53,761 nucleotides of DNA from an uncultured Ruminococcus sp. GTDB taxonomy: Bacteria > Bacillota > Clostridia > Monoglobales > Monoglobaceae. Shown here in pieces: positions 16,999 to 24,103 of the stretch. The first letter of the stretch is position 1. Each line of letters opens with the position of its first letter. The DNA lies in assembly GCA_902777435.1 (NCBI GenBank), contig CACYTW010000001.1, forward strand, positions 1-53,761, in the 5' to 3' direction. Made by a program: the position numbers and the translations under genes. The notes beneath the pieces were generated by a model, which worked only from the letters and a program-made list of their open reading frames with translations, searched no databases and was not told where the DNA came from.

Positions 16999-18609
16999 AT
17001 GCTTACTGCTTCTTACAACGGAAAAATAAAACCTGAATTTTTTTCAAAGATAACAGAATGTTTTACCTTATACAAAGAACACAAACAAGAGTTTGACAGA
17101 AGAATTATCGACAACAACCGTTGGTTTAAATCAAGATACAACTCAAACAAAATGGAAATCGACGAGCCCACAACTCCATATTTATTCAATGTAATCGCAA
17201 ACAAGCACGCCGACGCAATGGACAATTATCCGGAGCCAAACATACTTGAACGTGAAGAAAATGACCGTGAAACAGCCGAAAGCTTCACAAAAATACTTCC
17301 GCTCCAGTTAGACCTGTGCGGCTTTAAACGAACCTACAATCGCGCTTGGTGGTATAAGCTCAAAAATGGTGCATCTTGCTACGGAGTATTTTATAATCCT
17401 AAGCTGTGCGGCAACAGAGGTGACATTGACATTAAAAAAATTGATTTGTTAAACCTTTTCTGGGAACCTGGAATAACAGACATTCAAGACAGCAAATTTC
17501 TGTTTGTTACCGCCCTATGCGACAATGACTCGCTGAAAGAGAAGTATCCGCAATATGCTGACAAGTTCACCGGTGATAACGCAATAGAGGCACAAGTATA
17601 TAACGACATTGACGGCGAGAGAAAGAATGACGTTTTAAAGGACAAAACTCTGATAATCGATTGCTATTACAAAAAGCAGAGAGGTAACCGTCAGACAGTT
17701 GAACTGATTAAATTCTTTGACAACATTATTTTAGACGCCTCTGAGGACAGAGGTGGTAACGGACTTTACGACCACGGCAAATATCCGTTTGTAATGGATG
17801 TCCTCTATCCTGACGAAGACAGCCCTGTTGGCTTTGGTTTTGTGGACATTATAAAAAATCCGCAGATGTACATAGACAAGCTTGATGCAATAATAAGCAA
17901 AAATGCTATGATTTCGGGCAAAACACGTTTTATGATAAAGGACAACGGAGGTCTTAACGAATACGAACTGACTGACCTTTCAAAAGACATTATTCACGTT
18001 GCAGGTTCGGTCAATGACGAAAATATAAGAGAGCTTCAGGCAAAACCTCTGCATTCATTCATTATTCAGCACAGGCAGAAAAAAATAGACGAGCTGAAAG
18101 AAGTATCGGGAAATATGGACTTTCAGCAGGGAAATGTTACAGGAGGCGTAACCGCATACTCCGCCATTGTGGCTCTGCAACAGGCAGGAGAAAAGCTGTC
18201 ACGGGATATGATTTCAGAGGGATATGATGCCTTTCGCAATATAGTCTGTCTGTGCATCGAGCTGATACGGCAGTTCTACGACGAACCGCGTTCCTACCGC
18301 ATTGCAGGCAATGACGGAAACAGCGAATACATACTTTTTTCCAACGAAAACATAAAGGGCAACGGCAACAGACTGCCTGCTGAATTTGACATAGTTGTTA
18401 CCGCCGAAAAAAATAATCCGTACAGCAGGATTGCTCAAAACCAAACTATTACGGATTTATGGAAAATGGGTCTTTTCCGCAAAGATACAATTCAAGAATC
18501 TATACTCATTCTCGAAAGTATGCACCTTGACGGAAAAGAAAAACTTATTGAAGGCTTAAGAAAAATTGCATCAGAGCAATACACGCCCGATAACACGCAG
18601 ATTGTCTGA
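16999..18609 (+). CDS. Phage portal-like protein
   Basis: 536 aa. Size and sequence character fit portal proteins and it lies in a phage context. Not verified by search. Confidence 0.55.
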   Translation: MLTASYNGKIKPEFFSKITECFTLYKEHKQEFDRRIIDNNRWFKSRYNSNKMEIDEPTTPYLFNVIANKHADAMDNYPEPNILEREENDRETAESFTKILPLQLDLCGFKRTYNRAWWYKLKNGASCYGVFYNPKLCGNRGDIDIKKIDLLNLFWEPGITDIQDSKFLFVTALCDNDSLKEKYPQYADKFTGDNAIEAQVYNDIDGERKNDVLKDKTLIIDCYYKKQRGNRQTVELIKFFDNIILDASEDRGGNGLYDHGKYPFVMDVLYPDEDSPVGFGFVDIIKNPQMYIDKLDAIISKNAMISGKTRFMIKDNGGLNEYELTDLSKDIIHVAGSVNDENIRELQAKPLHSFIIQHRQKKIDELKEVSGNMDFQQGNVTGGVTAYSAIVALQQAGEKLSRDMISEGYDAFRNIVCLCIELIRQFYDEPRSYRIAGNDGNSEYILFSNENIKGNGNRLPAEFDIVVTAEKNNPYSRIAQNQTITDLWKMGLFRKDTIQESILILESMHLDGKEKLIEGLRKIASEQYTPDNTQIV

Positions 18610-19272
18610 CTCAACAATGTGTATGGGTGAATACTTTGCGTTATAGGAACACAGATATGCCTCGCCGCCTCTGTACTCCAATCTCTTACAATACGCCTCA
18701 CCATTTAAAACAAATATACCTGTCTGATCACCCAAAACCTGCGGCTGAAATTTGATAAAAACAATTTCGCCATCTTTGATAATCGGTTCCATACTGTCAC
18801 CCGAAATTCTGATGCCGGCATCAGCTCCTTCAGGCACGTCCAGCTCAAGCTCCTCGTACTCGCTCTCGCCAAGATAATTTCCCAATCCGGCTGCTGCCGG
18901 CTGAAGATATACAGGTATTGTTCGCTTTTTGGTAATCTGTTGCATACGCATATTGCTGTACTCAAAATCAAGACAATTATACACCGCTGCCCTTCCTCTG
19001 TCGGTTAAATCAGCAAGCTTATTTAACATTCTGCCGTCTAAGACACGTCGCTTGCTATATATTCCGTCAGACATAAAATAGTCAGTTATGTTATCAATTT
19101 CATACTTCATACACAGTTGTAAAAAGACGTTAATCGGCGGCTCCGACTTCCCCGTTTCCCAAGAACTAAATGTGGATTGTCTGACACCTAACCATTCACA
19201 TACATCCTTCTGGGAAAGTCCTGCTGCCTTTCTTGCGTCCTGTAATTTTCTGCATATAATCTCGTTAGCCAT
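18571..19272 (-). CDS. CI/LexA-type phage repressor (XRE HTH plus S24 peptidase domain)
   Basis: N-terminal HTH (LSQKDVCEWLGVRQSTFSSWETGK). C-terminal GDSMEP ... CKRL Ser/Lys dyad pattern. Confidence 0.85.
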   Translation of the reverse strand: MANEIICRKLQDARKAAGLSQKDVCEWLGVRQSTFSSWETGKSEPPINVFLQLCMKYEIDNITDYFMSDGIYSKRRVLDGRMLNKLADLTDRGRAAVYNCLDFEYSNMRMQQITKKRTIPVYLQPAAAGLGNYLGESEYEELELDVPEGADAGIRISGDSMEPIIKDGEIVFIKFQPQVLGDQTGIFVLNGEAYCKRLEYRGGEAYLCSYNAKYSPIHIVESDNLRVIGRVLL

Positions 19273-19289
19273 ATAATCACCTCAATTGT

Positions 19290-19318
19290 ATAATAACAAT
19301 TTTACAGTTATTTGTCAA
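19290..19318 (-). promoter_or_regulatory. Candidate leftward promoter of repressor gene
   Basis: On the minus strand: TTGACA (19318-19313), 17 nt, TATTAT (19295-19290). Confidence 0.55.
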
Positions 19319-19324
19319 TATAAA

Positions 19325-19341
19325 TATCAAAATTTTTGATA
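19325..19341. promoter_or_regulatory. Candidate operator, perfect 8-1-8 palindrome
   Basis: TATCAAAAtTTTTGATA lies between the divergent promoters. A TTTGATA half-site recurs at 19365-19371 inside the rightward promoter spacer. Confidence 0.5.
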
Positions 19342-19349
19342 ATCTTCTC

Positions 19350-19377
19350 TTGACAAACGAAATATTTGATATATAAT
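19350..19377 (+). promoter_or_regulatory. Candidate rightward (early) promoter
   Basis: TTGACA (19350-19355), 16 nt, TATAAT (19372-19377). Confidence 0.55.
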
Positions 19378-19443
19378 TATAACTATATTAAAAATTTCGT
19401 TATTATTTTAAAATTTATCATATCCGCGAAAGGAGGCTGTAAC

Positions 19444-19635
19444 GTGACGCATCCCGAAATAATAACGATTGAAAAAATGGGTATTCCATATTCAGCAGAT
19501 GAAAAGATAAAAATAGGAGAATGTCTGTACTGTGAATCAAACATATACGAGAGCTCTGATGCCATAGAGAGCACAGACGGTATGTTCTGCGATATTGACT
19601 GCTGTCACGAATACTATGAAATACGAAAAAGATAA
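19444..19635 (+). CDS. Small Cys-rich (zinc-ribbon-like) phage protein
   Basis: GTG at 19444, 7 nt after AAAGGAGG, in frame with ORF 19366..19635. CxxC ... CDIDCCH pattern. Confidence 0.5.
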   Translation: MTHPEIITIEKMGIPYSADEKIKIGECLYCESNIYESSDAIESTDGMFCDIDCCHEYYEIRKR

Positions 19636-19664
19636 AGGTTTTAAATAAAATTTACGAAAGGAAA

Positions 19665-20045
19665 ATGAAAATGAAGTTTAACAATGCAAATGAAGTGAGA
19701 AAATGGCTGCGCAACATTCCCTTTTTAAAGAAGGAGATTGAACTGAAAATTAAGTTTTACAAGGAACTGCAAAACGATTTTGATTTCTCTCCTTCTTTTT
19801 CCGAGACCTCTGAATATTATAAATCTCAGATAGAAGAACTGCAAAACAAGATGAAACGGCTGATGGAGGATGTCGACAAGTTGTTCAGCATTTTGGACGA
19901 TAATGAAAGAACCGTTATGACCGCACGATACATAAACTTAATTCGGTGGGACTATATTGAATTTCAAGTGTTTTACAGCAGACGTCAAGCAATCAGGGTT
20001 CACGATAAGGCTCTTTTAAAGCTGGTGGGACAAACTGTTTCTTAA
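19665..20045 (+). CDS. Sigma-70 region-4-like phage late-gene activator (RinA/ArpU/DUF1492-like)
   Basis: 126 aa. C-terminal HTH-like ERTVMTARYI ... SRRQAIRVHDKALLKL, in the canonical position upstream of packaging genes. Confidence 0.5.
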   Translation: MKMKFNNANEVRKWLRNIPFLKKEIELKIKFYKELQNDFDFSPSFSETSEYYKSQIEELQNKMKRLMEDVDKLFSILDDNERTVMTARYINLIRWDYIEFQVFYSRRQAIRVHDKALLKLVGQTVS

Positions 20046-20059
20046 AAGGAGGTACTAAC

Positions 20060-20239
20060 GTGAGTAATGATTACAACGAGCTTTCCAAAGAGGCTCACAA
20101 AAAGATAAACGAACTGTTAAACTGCGGCAACGAACGTGTTGAGCTTGCCGCCGCCAAGGAATTATTGTCCGCATACTCAAAGGAATCGGACTCCGATAAC
20201 TCGGACATTCACTTGGAGGTTACCATAAAGGTTATATAG
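20060..20239 (+). CDS. Small ORF with terminase-small-subunit C-terminal-like motif
   Basis: 59 aa, not in the ORF track. GTG at 20060 after AAAGGAGG. ERVELAAAKELLSAY followed by an acidic stretch resembles the TerS C-terminal region. Too short for a full TerS. Confidence 0.35.
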   Translation: MSNDYNELSKEAHKKINELLNCGNERVELAAAKELLSAYSKESDSDNSDIHLEVTIKVI

Positions 20240-20277
20240 AACGTAAATGAACGACGCTTATGCAGCTATCACCAAAC

Positions 20278-20303
20278 GGGACGATGTGGGCATCGTCCCC
20301 TAC
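20278..20303 (-). repeat. GTAG-headed REP-like element, copy 2
   Basis: GGGACGATGtgggCATCGTCCCCTAC is the exact reverse complement of 15919-15944. Confidence 0.65.
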
Positions 20304-20309
20304 AAATTC

Positions 20310-20333
20310 GGCAGGAGCAAGCCCCTGCCCTAC
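20310..20333 (-). repeat. GTAG-headed REP-like element, variant stem
   Basis: GGCAGGagcaagccCCTGCCCTAC. It shares the CTACAAT..GCAATG flank with copy 1. Confidence 0.5.
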
Positions 20334-20379
20334 AATTATGCAATGATGCATATGATTCAAAATATTTTTTCATTGCAGT

Positions 20380-20400
20380 ACGATGTGGGCATCAACTTAC
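20380..20400 (-). repeat. Degenerate REP-like copy
   Basis: ACGATGTGGGCATCaacTTAC keeps the left arm and loop, but the right arm is decayed. Confidence 0.4.
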
Positions 20401-20428
20401 AAATATACTATTTAAAACGGAGAACACA

Positions 20429-21829
20429 ATGAGGACAGAAAAATTATACATAGAACTTACAAAAACCCAAAAAGAATTTATAGATGCAACGGCTGACGAA
20501 GTCCTTTTCGGAGGTGCCGCAGGCGGCGGTAAATCTTACGGGCAGTTAGTTGACGCATTGCTGTACGCCCTTAAATACCCGGAAAGCCGTCAGCTTATTC
20601 TCAGAAAAACATATCCTGAGCTTGAACACTCTTTGATATTGGTATCTCTTAAATTCTACCCTAAATCAATCTGCAAATATTCATCAACATCACGCAAGTG
20701 GCATTTTATAAACGGCTCTGTAATCGAATTCGGCTATTGTGCCACAAAGGCAGACGTTATACGATACCAAGGAGCCGAGTATGATGTTGTCAGATTTGAC
20801 GAGTTAACTCATTTTTCAGAGGAGCAATACACCTACCTTATTTCCCGTATAAGAGGTGTAAATCCGTATCCCAAAATGGTCAAGTCCAGCACCAATCCCG
20901 GCGGCATAGGACACAATTGGGTTAAGCAACGTTTTATAGACGGCTATGAACCCAACAAAATACACACGGACAGCCAAACCGGTGCCAAACGTCTTTTTAT
21001 CCCCTCATTTGTTCAGGACAACGTATTTTTAATGAATGCAGATGCGGACTACATAAACAGACTTATGCAGTTGCCCGAAAACGAACGCAAGGCACTGCTT
21101 TATGGTGAATGGGATATTTTTGACGGACAGGTATTCACCGAATGGAAAAACTCGTCCTTAGGTTCAAAAACAAGGCAATGGTCACACGTTATTGAGCCAT
21201 TTGATATTCCAAAGGAATGGCGGCGTTACCGAGCCTTTGACTTTGGATATTCCAAGCCCTTTGCCGTATCCTGGTATGCGGTGGACCACGATGGCAGAGC
21301 ATATAACTACCGCGAACTGTACGGCTGCACAGGCACACCTGATGTAGGCGTTAAATGGACCGCCCAAAAAATAGCTGATGAAATACGCACAATAGAAGAA
21401 AACGAGATATCCAATCAACCCATAATCGGTATTGCTGACCCTGCAATCTGGAACAGCACAGGCTCTATCGATGGCAGTATAGCTGATATGATGGAAAAAA
21501 GGGGCGTTTATTTTGAAAAGGGAAATCACGACAGATTAGCCGGAAAAATGCAGGTTCATTACAGACTTGCCTTTGATGATGAAGGCTTGCCTATGATTTA
21601 CTTCTTTAACACTTGCAAAAACATAATACGGACTCTTCCTCAACTAAGATACGACCCTGTCCGCCCGGAAGATGTTGATACAGGTCAGGAGGACCATTTA
21701 TACGATGCTTTGAAATACTTTCTGATGTCAAACCCAATCGCTGTCCGCGAAAACAAAACAGAAAGGCCTAAGGAATTTAATCCGTTAAGCACAGATAAAA
21801 TTGCCGCATATCCGAGATTTATAGTATAG
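20429..21829 (+). CDS. terL: Phage terminase large subunit
   Basis: 466 aa. Walker A GGAAGGGKS, Walker B-like VVRFDELTHF, C-terminal nuclease-like region. Confidence 0.85.
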   Translation: MRTEKLYIELTKTQKEFIDATADEVLFGGAAGGGKSYGQLVDALLYALKYPESRQLILRKTYPELEHSLILVSLKFYPKSICKYSSTSRKWHFINGSVIEFGYCATKADVIRYQGAEYDVVRFDELTHFSEEQYTYLISRIRGVNPYPKMVKSSTNPGGIGHNWVKQRFIDGYEPNKIHTDSQTGAKRLFIPSFVQDNVFLMNADADYINRLMQLPENERKALLYGEWDIFDGQVFTEWKNSSLGSKTRQWSHVIEPFDIPKEWRRYRAFDFGYSKPFAVSWYAVDHDGRAYNYRELYGCTGTPDVGVKWTAQKIADEIRTIEENEISNQPIIGIADPAIWNSTGSIDGSIADMMEKRGVYFEKGNHDRLAGKMQVHYRLAFDDEGLPMIYFFNTCKNIIRTLPQLRYDPVRPEDVDTGQEDHLYDALKYFLMSNPIAVRENKTERPKEFNPLSTDKIAAYPRFIV

Positions 21830-21836
21830 AAAACTC

Positions 21837-21865
21837 TCGACATATTTATTTTAATGGTGTATAAT
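21837..21865 (+). promoter_or_regulatory. Candidate promoter of response regulator gene
   Basis: TCGACA, 17 nt ending in TGt, then TATAAT (21860-21865). Confidence 0.55.
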
Positions 21866-21891
21866 ATAGTCAAGTGAGTGAGGTTTTTACT

Positions 21892-22581
21892 ATGAAAATT
21901 TTAGTTATCGAAGATGATTTGAATATTGCCGAGCTTGAGAATGATTTTTTGCATATGGATGGCTATGAATGTGATATTGCCATAACCGGAAATCAAGGTC
22001 TTGAAATGGCACTTAAGAATGACTATGCCCTGATTTTACTTGATATAAATCTGCCCGGTTGCGATGGCTTTACAATCTGCAAAGAAGTCAGAAAGTCAAA
22101 GGATATTCCTATAATCTTTGTTTCCGCCAAAACAGATGACATAGACAAGATACGCGGTTTACGTTTAGGTGCGGATGACTACGTAACAAAACCATTTTCT
22201 CCGCCCGAACTGATGGCAAGAGTAAAGGCTCACATCAGCAGATATGAAAAGCTAAGTGCAAAAACACCAATAAAAAAATCTGATATCATTACAATGCGCG
22301 GACTTAAGATAGACAAGAACGCCCGACGTATTTATGTTGACGGCAAAGAGGTATCTATGCCTGTCAAAGAATTTGAGCTTCTTTTGTTCCTCGCCGAAAA
22401 CCCAAACATTGTTTTCAGCAAAGAACGCCTTTTTGACAGAATATGGGGTATTGACTCAATGGGAGATGTATCTACCGTGACCGTTCATATCCAACGCATC
22501 AGAGAAAAAATAGATAAAAATCATTTAAATATCAAACATATCGAAACCGTATGGGGTGCCGGTTACAGGTTCCGTCTTTAA
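21892..22581 (+). CDS. OmpR/PhoB-family response regulator
   Basis: MKILVIEDD start at 21892. Receiver domain with DINLPGCDG and a winged-helix C-terminus ending VWGAGYRF. Confidence 0.9.
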   Translation: MKILVIEDDLNIAELENDFLHMDGYECDIAITGNQGLEMALKNDYALILLDINLPGCDGFTICKEVRKSKDIPIIFVSAKTDDIDKIRGLRLGADDYVTKPFSPPELMARVKAHISRYEKLSAKTPIKKSDIITMRGLKIDKNARRIYVDGKEVSMPVKEFELLLFLAENPNIVFSKERLFDRIWGIDSMGDVSTVTVHIQRIREKIDKNHLNIKHIETVWGAGYRFRL

Positions 22582-22618
22582 AGAATGCTTATAATAAAAA
22601 TATAAGCATTCTTTTTTT
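22581..22618 (+). terminator. Rho-independent terminator after response regulator
   Basis: 13-bp stem AAGAATGCTTATA/TATAAGCATTCTT followed by TTTTT. Confidence 0.8.
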
Positions 22619-22700
22619 ACAAAATTATTACTCAACGTAATATTATTGTAAACCAATTTTAACATAACAAAACCCTGTTTTTCCCTATAAAATCATTACC

Positions 22701-22813
22701 TGTGGATAACTCTTGAAAAACCGCCTGTTTTCCTATTTTTTCCATTATTAGCCTGTGGAAAATGTGTATAAGTCTGTGAATAACTATAAAATCGTCAAAT
22801 TCAAAGTGGAAAA
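22701..22813 (-). promoter_or_regulatory. DnaA-box cluster, five same-orientation boxes
   Basis: On the plus strand: TGTGGATAA 22701 (perfect TTATCCACA on the minus strand), TGTGGAAAA 22754, TGTGTATAA 22763, TGTGAATAA 22775 (one mismatch each) and AGTGGAAAA 22805 (two mismatches). Followed by a pure A/T tract, about 22810-22850. Confidence 0.6.
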
Positions 22814-22947
22814 AATTTTTTAAAATTTTAAAAATTTGTTTCTAATATTACATTTATGTTACAATTTAGTTTACATAATTCTGAAAAATTTTTCTTGACT
22901 TTTCATCATTTAATGTTCTCAGTAACAGAGTCTTGTAATTATACAAT

Positions 22948-22979
22948 AAACCCCAAAAGCCAAGTGGCTTTCGGGGTTT
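22948..22979 (-). terminator. Rho-independent terminator ending the rpmH-jag gene string
   Basis: 14-bp stem AAACCCCGAAAGCC/GGCTTTTGGGGTTT (a G-U pair on the minus strand only) followed by a U-rich tract. Confidence 0.75.
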
Positions 22980-22982
22980 ACT

Positions 22983-23219
22983 TTAATACATTGTATTACT
23001 CAATTTAGAAATTATTTTATCATAGTTTTCTGCTATGTGCGGAAAACAGCAATTACTGCAATCCTTTATATTCTTATGTCCCGACTTAATATAGGACGGG
23101 GAACCTCCGCAATTGGAAACATTATACAACGGACAGTAGCAAAACATACAATTAATATGCTCTAAGCTATGGCAAGGATAATATTCGCAAGAGGTATTCT
23201 CAAAGTATTTATAACTCAT
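22983..23219 (-). CDS. Cysteine-rich small domain protein
   Basis: 78 aa. The pattern CEYYPCH...NCMFCYCPLY...CGG...C..CC matches the cysteine-rich small domain family as I remember it. Starts 2 nt after the jag stop. Confidence 0.6.
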   Translation of the reverse strand: MSYKYFENTSCEYYPCHSLEHINCMFCYCPLYNVSNCGGSPSYIKSGHKNIKDCSNCCFPHIAENYDKIISKLSNTMY

Positions 23220-23221
23220 AA

Positions 23222-24103
23222 TTATTTAAGTGCAACAACCAATTTACGGTTTGGTTCTTCGCCAACACTGTACGTCTTAACCTTTGTGCTGTTCTGCAAT
23301 GCAGAATGAATAATTCTGCGTTCGTTGGGTGACATAGGCTCAAGTGTAACCGCATTGCTTTCGCGTATAACTCTGCGTTCCAAGCTCTTTGCAAGCTTAA
23401 CAAGAGTTTCCTCTCTCTTTGAACGATAGTTTTCTGTGTCAACATTGACCTTTATATATGAGTTTTTAGCCTTGTTGACATACAGACTCACCAAATACTG
23501 TACTGCATCGAGAGTATCACCCCTCTTACCTATCAAAAGACCCATTTTAGAACCCGACACATCTATGTCAATGCTGTCACCGCTGTTGACAACATCAACA
23601 ACAGCATCTTCAAGACCGATTTTGTGAATAAGCTCTGTGGCAAAGAATTTAGCATCTTCCAATGACTTCTCGGTGACTTCACGATTTTTCTTAGAATTAG
23701 AAGCAGCCTCCTTTGTCTTTGTTTCAACAGACTTCTCTTCGTTTGTCTTATTCTCCGTCTTAACAGGTTTAACTTCCTTTTTAGGTTTCTTTCTTTCCTC
23801 TCCAGCATAGTCGTGTGCCTGAGGCTCTGTTTTAGGCGCATAAGGGTTATGGCCATCTTGTTTTATCTTGTCAGACAGAGCGCGTTCTTTAGCTATTTTC
23901 TTAACTTTTTCCTCTTCCTCTGCCTCTTTTGTAATCCAGGCAGAAATGAAAACCTCTCTGCCAAGCAAGAGTCCCATCAAGCCCTTTCCGACCTCACGCT
24001 CAACTTCATATGATAATTCAGATACCGAAACGCCAAATTCCTCAGCGGCAAGTTTTAACGCTTCTTCCTTACTTTTTGCGCTTTTTTCTATTTTTCTTGG
24101 CAT
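23222..24103 (-). CDS. jag: RNA-binding protein Jag (Jag_N, KH, R3H) with K/E-rich linker
   Basis: N-terminus KSKEEALKLAAEEFGV. C-terminus LEPMSPNERRIIHSAL (R3H). Sits after yidC. Confidence 0.85.
   Translation of the reverse strand: MPRKIEKSAKSKEEALKLAAEEFGVSVSELSYEVEREVGKGLMGLLLGREVFISAWITKEAEEEEKVKKIAKERALSDKIKQDGHNPYAPKTEPQAHDYAGEERKKPKKEVKPVKTENKTNEEKSVETKTKEAASNSKKNREVTEKSLEDAKFFATELIHKIGLEDAVVDVVNSGDSIDIDVSGSKMGLLIGKRGDTLDAVQYLVSLYVNKAKNSYIKVNVDTENYRSKREETLVKLAKSLERRVIRESNAVTLEPMSPNERRIIHSALQNSTKVKTYSVGEEPNRKLVVALK

Noticed and set aside
20247-20432. 61-aa ORF upstream of terL
   Set aside because: It reads straight through three REP-like palindromes, has no RBS, and its composition is set by the repeats.
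22620-22980. Calling the DnaA-box cluster plus AT tract the chromosomal replication origin
   Set aside because: About 24 kb of highly expressed genes to its right, including the whole S10-spc cluster and rpmH-jag, are transcribed toward it, which would be head-on to replication. No dnaA or dnaN is adjacent. An auxiliary DnaA-box cluster downstream of jag is a known arrangement. It is kept as a finding, not as oriC.
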